Shown in pieces: positions 10,843-19,707 of a DNA stretch of 64,000 nt (its first letter is position 1; every line of letters begins with the position of its first letter). The notes below the pieces were generated by a model. The model saw nothing but the letters and a program-made list of their open reading frames with translations, was not told where the DNA came from and did not search any database. Origin of the DNA: an uncultured Ignavibacteria bacterium (GTDB taxonomy: Bacteria > Zixibacteria > MSB-5A5 > WJJR01); the NCBI GenBank assembly GCA_964440935.1, contig CAYTTY010000012.1:12873-76872 (forward strand), given 5' to 3'. The translations under genes were made by a program, and so were the position numbers.

Positions 10843-12171
10843 CTAAATGAGAAGATAGCGGGCAATGGCTCCGGCCGCAAGAATATACATCACCGGATGG
10901 ACATCGCGCGGCTTGCCGGCTACTAATTTGACAATCGGATACAGGATAAAGCCAAGCGACAATCCATCAGCGATCGACAGCGACAGCGGAATGCCGGTCA
11001 TGATCAAGAACGCGGGAAGCGATTCGGTGACATCATCCCAGGGGATGTCGCGCGCCATGCGCGTCATCAACGCCCCGACGATGATGAGTGCCGGTGCGGT
11101 AATGGGCTGAAGCGTGACGCCCGACGGAAGCGTAATTCCGCCGGCAATCGCTTCGACCAGTGGTGAGATGAACAACGCGAGGAGAAATCCAATGGCCACA
11201 ATAACAGCCGCAAGTCCCGTGCGGGCCCCGACAGCAATCCCGGAGGTTGATTCGACGTACGATGTCAGTGTCGAGGTGCCGAAAATCGCGCCGAGCACGG
11301 TCCCGACCGAATCGGCGGTGAAGGCGCGGCGAGCGCGGGGCAACTCCTCCCCTTTGAAGAAACAACCCTGCTTCCCTATGGCCGCAAGCGTTCCCACCGT
11401 GTCGACGACATCCATAAACAGAAACACAAAGACCGCTGCCAGGAAATCGGCGCTCAGTTCAGGGAGCCAGGTGAGCTGGCCGAACGTGGGAGCAACCGAC
11501 GGTGGCGCACCGACGATCCCGTCGATGTGGATAATCCCGGTCGCCCACGCGATGATCGCCGTGGATAACAGTCCCCAGAAGACGGCGCCGTAAATGTTGC
11601 GCACCATCAACAAGACGGTAATCAACAGTCCCGCCAACGCCAGCAATGTCGGGCCTTGTGTCAAATCCCCAATGCTGACCGGCGCACCGGTTCCTTGGAC
11701 CACGATCCCCGCATTCGTAAATCCGAGAAATGCGATCAACAGCCCGACGCCGATGCCAGTGGCGCTCTTGAGTGAGTCGGGAATCGCGCGGAGTACCGCT
11801 TCGCGCGCCCGGACCACCGACAGAATGACGAAGATGATCCCAGCGTAGAAGGCCGCACTGAGCGCGTCGGTCCAGTGCATGCCGCTGGCCAACACGACGC
11901 CGTAGACGAAGAAGAAATTCTCCCCCATGCCGGGAGCAACGGCGATCGGATAGCGCGCCAGGATGCCCATCATAAGCGTCGCAATCGCCGTCGAGATGCA
12001 GGTCGCGAACATGACGGCGCCGACGTCCATTCCCGCTTCGGCCAGGATCGCCGGTTGCAGGAAGATGATGTACGCCATCGTCAGGAAGGTCGTCGCGCCG
12101 CCGGTGATCTCCCCGCGCCAAGTGGCTCCCTGGCCGGAGAAATCAAACCATTCGGCAAGACGATTTAACAT
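10843..12171 (-). CDS. NCS2-family nucleobase permease (AzgA/PbuG-like guanine/hypoxanthine/adenine transporter)
   Basis: N-terminus MLNRLAEWFDFSGQGATWRGEITGGATTFLTMAYIIFLQPAIL is the AzgA-family hallmark. 442 aa with ~12 TM segments. Confidence 0.85.
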   Translation of the reverse strand: MLNRLAEWFDFSGQGATWRGEITGGATTFLTMAYIIFLQPAILAEAGMDVGAVMFATCISTAIATLMMGILARYPIAVAPGMGENFFFVYGVVLASGMHWTDALSAAFYAGIIFVILSVVRAREAVLRAIPDSLKSATGIGVGLLIAFLGFTNAGIVVQGTGAPVSIGDLTQGPTLLALAGLLITVLLMVRNIYGAVFWGLLSTAIIAWATGIIHIDGIVGAPPSVAPTFGQLTWLPELSADFLAAVFVFLFMDVVDTVGTLAAIGKQGCFFKGEELPRARRAFTADSVGTVLGAIFGTSTLTSYVESTSGIAVGARTGLAAVIVAIGFLLALFISPLVEAIAGGITLPSGVTLQPITAPALIIVGALMTRMARDIPWDDVTESLPAFLIMTGIPLSLSIADGLSLGFILYPIVKLVAGKPRDVHPVMYILAAGAIARYLLI

Positions 12172-12188
12172 GATGGCATAGGTGCTAT

Positions 12189-12920
12189 CTATCGAACGAT
12201 TGCGTAACGGGCTCGCACGCGTGCGCGGATCTCAATGGGCTCAGGATTGACGGTGGTGAAGTCGGACGGATCCGGGATGATGTGCTGTGGACGTTGCTGC
12301 TCAAACAGGTCATCGGAGCCTGGAATTGGATGTGTTTCTTCGGGCGTCGGCGCATTGGAGAGTTCTTCGCAACCCAATGGCGGGCCGAGTGTCACATTCA
12401 ATTCGCGTGCAACGACCTCGGCGCGGCGACGCGCGTCATCAATGGCGTCTTCGAGAGCGGATTCGTAGACCACTCTTGGTTCATCGAGTTGAAAATTCAT
12501 CGTAATCTTCGCTGCCTTGAGATTATGCGCACGATCAAGCATGTCGGTGGCGGCGGTGAAATCATCGAGACGGACACGCATCGTGATCGTCGCCCAGAAC
12601 GCGAGACGTTTCGGTTCATCGGGCAACGGTCTGCGGATCATTGCGCGGTCGAGTCGCCAGTCGCCGGGATCGAGGCCGAATTGACGGAACTCGACAACCA
12701 TTTCCTCGGCACGGGCATCGACCGCCTCGGCAGCCTCTCTCGCGGTTGGAGCAATCGACATGACGGTGATTCCGAGTTCAAGCACTGTTGGCGGTTTACT
12801 CTGCACACTCGAACCCCACACGACGATCTCGCGGTCGGATTGTTGTGCATGTGCCGCCCCGACGGTTAGACATCCGATGAGAATGACGGCAGCCGTTATG
12901 AGTAACGTTCGTTTTGTCAT
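12189..12920 (-). CDS. SIMPL/DUF541 (YggE-like) periplasmic protein with signal peptide
   Basis: The internal Met at 12920 gives MTKRTLLITAAVILIGCLTVGAAHAQ (signal peptide), then a DUF541-like body (KITMNFQLDEP...). The longer ORF upstream to 13109 has no plausible N-terminus. Confidence 0.55.
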   Translation of the reverse strand: MTKRTLLITAAVILIGCLTVGAAHAQQSDREIVVWGSSVQSKPPTVLELGITVMSIAPTAREAAEAVDARAEEMVVEFRQFGLDPGDWRLDRAMIRRPLPDEPKRLAFWATITMRVRLDDFTAATDMLDRAHNLKAAKITMNFQLDEPRVVYESALEDAIDDARRRAEVVARELNVTLGPPLGCEELSNAPTPEETHPIPGSDDLFEQQRPQHIIPDPSDFTTVNPEPIEIRARVRARYAIVR

Positions 12921-14509
12921 TGGTCCTGTCCCCCCCGTGTGGTGTTGGCTCGGCGGGCGCCACCGAGATGGCGGTACCCCAACAGCCAAGTTATCCCGAG
13001 GTAAAGGATGGCAGCAACCAAAATCCCGACGACGGCATGGAGGATTATCCCGATTCCCGATGATGAAAGCGGCATCTGGCGCATAACCCACCATCCCGCA
13101 CCGACACACATCAGCGATAAGAGAGCCAGTTTGATCAACTCCAGCACGTGACAGACAATCCCCAGTGGTCCATAGCGATGAAGCGCGAAAAACCAGAGCA
13201 AGGCTACCTGGATCACCGACGAAATCGCCACCGAAAGCGCCAATCCGGCGAACCCCATCGGACCAACCAGCAACGACATCCCGATCAGATTGGCCACCAC
13301 CGCCGCCACACCGCAGACAGCGGGCGTACGAGTATCCTGATGCGCGTAGAACAATGGCGCCGTGACACGGATCAGCGCCATGGTCGGCAGACCAAGTGAA
13401 TAATACCGGAGTGCGAGGGCCGTCGCCTCAGTGTCGGAAGGAGTGAATCGACCGCGCTGGAACAGTGCGCCGCAGATCGGTTCGGCGAGGATGATGAGGC
13501 CCACGGCAGTTGGTACGACGAGATACAGGACGGTCTGGACACTCTGGGCGTATGTGTCCCTTACGGCTGCCCCATCACCGGCCGCAACATATCCCGAAAG
13601 ACGGGGTAAACCGACCGTGGCCGCGGCGACGGCAAAGACACCGAGTGGCAAAAAGAGAATCCGAAAGGCGAAGTTGAGATACGCTACCGGGCCATCGCCG
13701 AGTGTCCACGCAAAGCGCGTGATGGCGAAGACATTGACCTGAATGGCGGCGATGCCGACAAGCGCGGGGAGCATCAGTTTGAGGATCCTGCCAACCTCGG
13801 TATCACCCCAGCCCGAGCGGATGTGGAACCGGAATCCCAATCGATGTGCCAAAGCGACTTGAATGCCCCACTGGAGAGCTCCGCCGATCAGAACACCCCA
13901 TGCCAAGGCCAGCAACGGTGGATCTGAGTATCGTGAGAGCCACGCCGCGCCCAGAATCACGCCGGCATTAAACCCGGCCGGGGCCAACGCCGGTATGCCG
14001 AAACGCCCCAGGGCATTGAGCGCACCCATGAAGGCCGCCGCCAAGGAGACCAGCAACAGGAACGGGAACATCCAGCGGGCCATGACGATGAGCAGGTCGA
14101 GCTTGCCCGGTGTCTCCTCCACTCCGCCCGAAATCAGCAGCGCCAGTTGCGGCGTGAAGATGATCCCCAAAATGCAGATCAGGCCGATAGCCGGGACGAA
14201 GACCGAGAGGACGCGGTTGAGCAGGTCGAATGCGGCTTGGCGGCCATCTTTGGTGAGGACCCGGGTGAACGATGGCACAAAGGCCGCCGAGAACGCGCCC
14301 TCGGCGAATAAGTCTCTGAGTAAGTTGGGAATACGGAAGGCGGCCACAAACACGTCGGTGAGCGCCCCTGCCCCGAACATATAGGCGATCACCTGCTCGC
14401 GAACCAAACCGAGCACCCGTGAGATCACGGTGGCCCCGGCCACCGTGCCGGTTTGACGCGCGAATCGGGAGCTGGCCTGCGTCTTCGTCGTTGTGTCGCT
14501 GGAGGTCAT
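12917..14509 (-). CDS. murJ: Lipid II flippase MurJ (MviN)
   Basis: ISRVLGLVREQVIAYMFGAGALTDVFVAAFRIPNLLRDLFAEGAFSAAFVP is the MurJ N-terminal signature, and the protein has 14 TM helices. The start is taken at the internal Met (MTSSD...) at 14509, because the ORF extension upstream to 14629 is nonsense. Confidence 0.85.
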   Translation of the reverse strand: MTSSDTTTKTQASSRFARQTGTVAGATVISRVLGLVREQVIAYMFGAGALTDVFVAAFRIPNLLRDLFAEGAFSAAFVPSFTRVLTKDGRQAAFDLLNRVLSVFVPAIGLICILGIIFTPQLALLISGGVEETPGKLDLLIVMARWMFPFLLLVSLAAAFMGALNALGRFGIPALAPAGFNAGVILGAAWLSRYSDPPLLALAWGVLIGGALQWGIQVALAHRLGFRFHIRSGWGDTEVGRILKLMLPALVGIAAIQVNVFAITRFAWTLGDGPVAYLNFAFRILFLPLGVFAVAAATVGLPRLSGYVAAGDGAAVRDTYAQSVQTVLYLVVPTAVGLIILAEPICGALFQRGRFTPSDTEATALALRYYSLGLPTMALIRVTAPLFYAHQDTRTPAVCGVAAVVANLIGMSLLVGPMGFAGLALSVAISSVIQVALLWFFALHRYGPLGIVCHVLELIKLALLSLMCVGAGWWVMRQMPLSSSGIGIILHAVVGILVAAILYLGITWLLGYRHLGGARRANTTRGGQDQ

Positions 14510-14596
14510 TTCGTATATTTCCGAATTCAACTGTAAGCCCACAGGACAGTTGGGGCCACAGTTATTTAGGATCGAAACAGAGGAGAGGATTAACCA

Positions 14597-14863
14597 GTGC
14601 CCAAGCACATATCCGTCGAAAAACGACACCGTCAGAGCCTCGTGCGGAACCGTCGCAACCGGATCGTCAAATCACGCGTCCGCACCGCGTTGAAGAATTT
14701 CGAATCGGCCAGTGAGCCGGAGGCGCGTCAGACGGCCTTGCGCCACGCAATCTCCGCGACCGACAAGGCGGTCTCCAAGCGCGTCATGCACAAGAACAAA
14801 GCCCGCCGTCTGCGCTCACAACTGATGCGCAAGGCCAACAAGGCCACGGCTGAGACGAGCTAG
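14597..14863 (+). CDS. rpsT: 30S ribosomal protein S20
   Basis: GTG start preceded by GAGGAGAGG. The 88-aa product VPKHISVEKRHRQSLVRNRRN...HKNKARRLRSQL matches the S20 pattern. Confidence 0.9.
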   Translation: MPKHISVEKRHRQSLVRNRRNRIVKSRVRTALKNFESASEPEARQTALRHAISATDKAVSKRVMHKNKARRLRSQLMRKANKATAETS

Positions 14864-14884
14864 TCGTTTTCGCAATCAGATTCG

Positions 14885-14923
14885 AGATGGCTGCCATCGA
14901 AGGATGGCGGCCATTTTGTGTTT
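14885..14923 (+). terminator. Rho-independent terminator downstream of rpsT
   Basis: Hairpin GATGGCTGCCATC-GAAG-GATGGCGGCCAT followed by TTTGTGTTT. Confidence 0.6.
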
Positions 14924-15150
14924 GGAGAATTACTAGCACCCGGCTTCAGCCGGGTGATTGCGACAACCCAACCCTCCTCCCCGAAAACCGTTGAAACGGT
15001 TCTCGGAGAAATATTCTTTCCGCCGCAACCACCGCTCTGAAGAGCGGTGTTAAAAAGCATAAAGTCTGCAATGGCGCTCACCTTGTCGGTCCTGTGGAAA
15101 ACCCTTTGACGCGCCGCCTCGCCGGGAGGCTCGCCCTTGATCGGGATCTC

Positions 15151-16353
15151 TCACCACACAATGTGCCGTGCCAATTTCAACAGCCCCGGGCTGTGGCGGA
15201 GACCTTGTTTGATGACGTGGATGGGATCGATCGCGGTGATGGTTTGGCCGTTGTAAATCGAGCCGAGGAATTCGACCACGTTGTCGAAATCTTGATTTGT
15301 CATCTTCAACATGATATTGCGTGTCCAGAGGAAGTAGCGCATTTCGCGGCCACGGGCGGCCATCCAGTTTTTCGGATACGCTTTGAGCAGGCTCAGATCG
15401 CCGTGTCCGTCTTGCATGTAATCGACCGCCGCGTTCGCCGCCAACCGTCCCGACCACAGCGCATTGGCAATCCCCGCCCCAGTGACCGAATCGAGCAGAC
15501 GCGCCGCATCGCCGGCGACCATGACATTCGATGTGAGCATAAACTTGCGCCCATGGAATTCGGGAATGCCGCCGACCGATTTCTTCAATGGTGTTGGCGT
15601 GATGTTGCCGAAACGAAAGGTGATAAACTCGCGCAGCATCTGAATCGCTTTGCGTCCCCCGGCCACCACCGGCGCGACCGCGATGCCGACATTGGCGGTG
15701 CCGTTCCCCTTAGGGAAGACCCACGCGTAACCACCGGGGGCGAGTTTGGCATCGAAGTAAAACTCCAAACAACGCGGATCGAGATCGGGGACATTGCCGA
15801 TCAGAAACTGCGCGGCCGAATCCATGTGATCAACTGAGAGCGTCGTGTCGATTCCTGACCAGCGTGCGATCATCGACTCGACACCATCGGCGGCAATGAG
15901 AATTTCACAGCCGACGGTGCGTTGGCTGCTGTTCTCTTTCAGAGTAACACTGGTGACACGTCCACCGCCATTCTTCTCGACACCAATCGCTTCGGTTTCG
16001 GTGACCACCTCCGCGCCATGTGCGGCGGCGCGGTCGGCCAAACCCTGCTCGAAACGGCGGCGTGACAAGACAAATCCGGCGTCGGGATGCAAGAAGTCGA
16101 TCATCTTGCCGCCCGCTGAGCGCAGATAGCAGCGCTCGATGTCGGCGGCAACCCAGTTGCGGTCGAGTTCAACGTTATCCGTCAGACCGCAAAACGATAT
16201 CGCTTCGGCACAACAAAGCGGTTCACCGATGGTTGGATGCTTTTCAACGAGGAGGGTGCGTAGCCCGGCTTTCGCGGCAGTGATGGCCGCCATTCCCCCG
16301 GCGGGACCGGCGCCGATGATGACGACATCGTAGTTGTGATCGGTGGCAGGCAT
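15151..16353 (-). CDS. FAD-dependent geranylgeranyl reductase family oxidoreductase (ChlP/GGR-like)
   Basis: YDVVIIGAGPAGGMAAITAAKAGLRTLLVEKHPTIGEPLCCAEAIS is the GGR N-terminal FAD motif plus the catalytic Cys region. 400 aa. Confidence 0.8.
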   Translation of the reverse strand: MPATDHNYDVVIIGAGPAGGMAAITAAKAGLRTLLVEKHPTIGEPLCCAEAISFCGLTDNVELDRNWVAADIERCYLRSAGGKMIDFLHPDAGFVLSRRRFEQGLADRAAAHGAEVVTETEAIGVEKNGGGRVTSVTLKENSSQRTVGCEILIAADGVESMIARWSGIDTTLSVDHMDSAAQFLIGNVPDLDPRCLEFYFDAKLAPGGYAWVFPKGNGTANVGIAVAPVVAGGRKAIQMLREFITFRFGNITPTPLKKSVGGIPEFHGRKFMLTSNVMVAGDAARLLDSVTGAGIANALWSGRLAANAAVDYMQDGHGDLSLLKAYPKNWMAARGREMRYFLWTRNIMLKMTNQDFDNVVEFLGSIYNGQTITAIDPIHVIKQGLRHSPGLLKLARHIVW

Positions 16354-16369
16354 GACGCATCAGGACCGG

Positions 16370-16552
16370 CTATTCAATCGCGAGCGCCTCGGTCGGGCAA
16401 GCAATCACACACAGATCACACAAAATGCACTCGTCGTGGAGAATCTCCAACACCCGCGGACGCAACACCAGCGCATCGTGCGGACAGACCGCCACGCAGA
16501 GCCCGCATTCGGAGCATTCGTCGGTGTCTAACTTCAGTTCCGCAACAGCCAT
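16370..16552 (-). CDS. 2x[4Fe-4S] dicluster ferredoxin
   Basis: 60 aa with two CxxCxxCxxxCP motifs (CSECGLCVAVCP, CILCDLCVIACP). It lies 17 nt upstream of the GGR gene on the same strand. Confidence 0.75.
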   Translation of the reverse strand: MAVAELKLDTDECSECGLCVAVCPHDALVLRPRVLEILHDECILCDLCVIACPTEALAIE

Positions 16553-16624
16553 GTCAGTTCAGCCCTCCTGGCGATTAAAACAGGATAACATGTAGTCTGT
16601 TTTAATGTCAGTGCGGAATGGGAG

Positions 16625-17782
16625 TTAGTCAATGCCCTCAATGCGAAAAGTCTGAAACCGGTCACGATTGAGGAAAAACAGCCGCTTCTCATCCTGGTCG
16701 ATCTGCACCACCGGGTAACCCGGTACCCACTTCCGGGGAGCGTTGTTTTTCGAATCGAGCAGTTCGCCGGTTCGGCTGAATATGAGACAGCGGCTACGGG
16801 TGTGCCGGTCAGACGATGACGGGCCGGGATCATAGTCCAAACCAACAGCGACCAACTCAGCTTCATCGATGAGGTCGACACTGCGGAAATTCCATTCCGG
16901 ATCGCCGGTTTCGGTTTCCCACACCACCTCGGCGCTCGCCACCTGAATGACCGCCGCGTGATCGGCCGAGATCACGGCGGCATGAAGGCCATCGGGCGAG
17001 ACCGCCATGTCGCGGATCGGCTCGACCTCGGTCCGCCAACCGAGGATTTGATTCAATTCACCGTTGTGATGAAAATAAAGACGATCACCGCGCTGGAGCA
17101 TCACCACGGATCCGTCGCGTGACGCCGCCCAATCGTCGGTTGCACCGTATTGGCGAACGACACGCCCCGTGGGCGCATGGGCGGTCAGTCCCGATTGTGA
17201 CGATTCTACGAACACCAGCGATCCATCACGGGAGAACTCGGCACCCTTGTAGCGTTTGACAACCACCGTATCGTGACGCCGTCCGCTGCGATCATAGAAA
17301 CGCAGTACACTCTGGGGCAATCCCTCCGCCCCATCGACACCGACAAACGCACTGCCGGTCGGTGCGATGATGGCCGAGGCAAATGGCGGATCATCGATGC
17401 GTTTAATCTGCTCGCCGTCTTCAGCAAAGAGATCGAATGTCACCGCGCTCAATGTCTTCGGCTGACGGTCGGCAAAGGCGATTACGCCAAGCACGCTCGA
17501 TCCCGGCTCGGCGAAGAGATATTCGTTGCCCCGCAGATTCAGACGACGCTGGCGGCTCCCCTTGGCCGAGTAGAATTCCAGCCGTCCGCCCTTGACATAG
17601 ACCCAGCCGCCATTTTGCAGAACCGTCCAGCGACGGCTCTTGGTGAGATCCGCATGGGAATCAAGTTTAAGCGATTGAGCCTTTGACAGCGCGCCAGTGG
17701 CCAGCACAACGGCGAGCGCAATGAATGTACGAAGAAGGAATGTCCGCAATGTGGTCAACATCGATTCGAAATGATGATACAC
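16625..17782 (-). CDS. Secreted hypothetical protein, probably a beta-propeller. Alternative start at 17761 (MLTTLRTFLL...).
   Basis: Signal peptide LRTFIALAVVLATGALSKAQ. Repeated beta-strand-rich segments. No recognisable catalytic motif. Confidence 0.5.
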   Translation of the reverse strand: MYHHFESMLTTLRTFLLRTFIALAVVLATGALSKAQSLKLDSHADLTKSRRWTVLQNGGWVYVKGGRLEFYSAKGSRQRRLNLRGNEYLFAEPGSSVLGVIAFADRQPKTLSAVTFDLFAEDGEQIKRIDDPPFASAIIAPTGSAFVGVDGAEGLPQSVLRFYDRSGRRHDTVVVKRYKGAEFSRDGSLVFVESSQSGLTAHAPTGRVVRQYGATDDWAASRDGSVVMLQRGDRLYFHHNGELNQILGWRTEVEPIRDMAVSPDGLHAAVISADHAAVIQVASAEVVWETETGDPEWNFRSVDLIDEAELVAVGLDYDPGPSSSDRHTRSRCLIFSRTGELLDSKNNAPRKWVPGYPVVQIDQDEKRLFFLNRDRFQTFRIEGID

Positions 17783-17787
17783 GTATT

Positions 17788-18219
17788 CTACTCTAAAGAT
17801 TCAAGCAGCCGATCGCGCGCTTGGCCGGTGGCCTCAAGATATTTCCCGGTCGCGGTGGCAAATAGCGTTCCGTCGGAACCGGTCAGTTCACCCGATGTTT
17901 CCAGCAGCCGTCCCTTTTGGCCGGTTACGCGTCCCCTCAGATGGAGTTTATCGCCCACCGTAACCGCCTTCTTGAATCGTACCGACATTTCGACCGTGAG
18001 GGCATACTTCCTTTTCGCCAGCACGGCCTTGGCCATGATTTCATCAAGCAGCGTGGACACCAATCCACCGTGGTAAATGCCGCGATATCCTTGGAATTTC
18101 GGTTCGGCTACGCATTCGGATACGGCCTCATCGCCGTCGGTCAAGAAGACCAGTTGCATCCCATCGGGGTTTTCATCACCGCATACGAAGCAGCCACTGT
18201 ATCGAACAATCTCGCTCAT
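17788..18219 (-). CDS. PaaI-family hotdog-fold thioesterase
   Basis: 143 aa. The pattern YHGGLVSTLLDEIMA...VEMSVRFKKAV is typical of PaaI/YbgC-like thioesterases. Confidence 0.75.
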   Translation of the reverse strand: MSEIVRYSGCFVCGDENPDGMQLVFLTDGDEAVSECVAEPKFQGYRGIYHGGLVSTLLDEIMAKAVLAKRKYALTVEMSVRFKKAVTVGDKLHLRGRVTGQKGRLLETSGELTGSDGTLFATATGKYLEATGQARDRLLESLE

Positions 18220-18490
18220 GATCAGTTCCCCCTTCGGCGGAGAGGCAATATAGGAACGCGCCGCTGCGGAGGAAACCCCGCAGCGGGGAAATCGGAGTGG
18301 ACAGAGTGGATGGTAGCCTCACAATAGAGCGATTATCAGATGTCCGTCCGATTGAGAAAGAGCGAGACTTGTTTCACTTGGTATTCAGAATGAAGCGAAT
18401 CTACCTCTGAATGGTTGAATGTGGGCACGAGAATCTCATCCCACCGCAAGCGGTGGGGCACCCCGCTCCGAAATGTGGCACCGGGACAGG

Positions 18491-18518
18491 AAAACGCCCG
18501 CCCCGATGGGGCGGGCGT
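18491..18518 (-). terminator. Rho-independent terminator 3' of lipoprotein gene 18542-19465
   Basis: Plus-strand AAAACGCCCGCCCC-GATG-GGGCGGGCG. On the minus strand the GC-rich stem is followed by TTTT. Confidence 0.55.
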
Positions 18519-18541
18519 GGACATATGGTGGGTGTGGGTTG

Positions 18542-19465
18542 CTAGTCGCAGATATCGCCGGTGGCGCTGTGGCTGAAATCGCCCGATTCGACGGTGATCG
18601 TACCGCGGCCGGCGCCAAGGAACTGGACATTGGCATCCCAGACGCCACTGGCCGACTCGTGGTTACTGCCCTCGTACACGTCGATGCTCACACTGAAGCT
18701 GGCCGATGCGCTGCCGCCATTCGGACAGGCTTCCAAGCCCGGATTCGGCCCCGGCACCGTCACGTTGTTGTTCTGTGCATCAAATTCGAAATCCATGAAC
18801 ACACTGGTGTCCGGGCTGACAACGTCAAAGTCGAACAGGCCGGATGATCCCCCGGCCACCGTGACCACACTGGTGTTCAAACCGGTCACGTCCAAATCCA
18901 CATCGGTATCCATGACGATGCTGAACGATCCCTCATCGTCAGAGAGGGTCCAATTCATCCCCACCGATCCGCGCTCAGTGACACGGTAGGTTGATGCATC
19001 GGGGTCCCGTTGCGGTGTGCCATCGAGAGTTTCGAAACGCACCGAATCGCTTAAATCAATCGCAATGCCGAAGAAATCATCCTGGGCGTTGTATGTAATC
19101 GACCACCACCCTGACTGATCGTCATAGGCCATTACCAATGTATCGTTCTGCAACTGTCCGATCTTTCCCAATCCCTGTACAGCAGGCGACACAAATGCAC
19201 CACCCATCACATCAGCGCTATCGACGCCGTCCCAATACGGACTCGCGGCTTGTTCGGTGACGATATCATTGATATCGAACAAAGCGTCATCGGATTCGAA
19301 ATCCATGTTGACAAACTGATCGAGTGATTCAAACTGGTCGTCCTTTGATAGAGTGCCCGAACCGGGACCGGTGGTGTCATCGTCGCTGCCGCCGCAACCG
19401 ATGATCAGCAGCACAACTGTGGTCACGACCAGAAAGGTCGCCGAAATTCCCAAGAACCGTCGCAT
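18542..19465 (-). CDS. Acidic lipoprotein, function unknown. Paralog of 19708-20637.
   Basis: Lipobox LLIIGC followed by a GGSDDD acidic linker. Shares the ...DSVRFET.GG.PQ... core and a C-terminal ...TGDICD end with the downstream paralog. Confidence 0.6.
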   Translation of the reverse strand: MRRFLGISATFLVVTTVVLLIIGCGGSDDDTTGPGSGTLSKDDQFESLDQFVNMDFESDDALFDINDIVTEQAASPYWDGVDSADVMGGAFVSPAVQGLGKIGQLQNDTLVMAYDDQSGWWSITYNAQDDFFGIAIDLSDSVRFETLDGTPQRDPDASTYRVTERGSVGMNWTLSDDEGSFSIVMDTDVDLDVTGLNTSVVTVAGGSSGLFDFDVVSPDTSVFMDFEFDAQNNNVTVPGPNPGLEACPNGGSASASFSVSIDVYEGSNHESASGVWDANVQFLGAGRGTITVESGDFSHSATGDICD

Positions 19466-19649
19466 CTCCCCTCCGAATGTCTGAAGTCCGTGCCAACGTA
19501 ATCTGATTCAGCGACATGCCAAGCCGCTTATCAGGAATATCGGCGTGAGAGTCGGCGCATTTTGTGATAGAATAGCCAGTGTGCAGAGATTGGGCAGAGT
19601 ATGGGAGAATCTCGACAGTTGATACGTGTACAGCAAGCGTGTCCACATA

Positions 19650-19682
19650 AGAATCGACGCCCACCCCGATTCGGGATGGGCG
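19650..19682 (-). terminator. Possible weak intrinsic terminator 3' of lipoprotein gene 19708-20637
   Basis: Imperfect 11-bp stem CGCCCACCCCG-ATT-CGGGATGGGCG. The T-rich tract on the minus strand is weak (TTCTTAT). Confidence 0.3.
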
Positions 19683-19707
19683 CCATAATCAAGCGCTGAT
19701 CTTATAC

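Noticed and set aside
11459-12121. 220-aa Arg/Asp/Gly-rich ORF on the minus strand
   Set aside because: It overlaps the NCS2 permease gene in a different frame. Its composition (RRRDD..., HRRRD...) is typical of off-frame translation of GC-rich coding DNA.
14860-15081. 73-aa minus-strand ORF between rpsT and the GGR gene
   Set aside because: It lies across the convergent terminator region, which contains three hairpins. It has no RBS and no protein-like features.
18255-18290. Hairpin CCGCTGCGG-AGGAAACC-CCGCAGCGG as a terminator
   Set aside because: No T-tract follows on either strand. It lies 5' of, not after, the nearest minus-strand gene end. It may be a regulatory structure, but there is no basis to call it.
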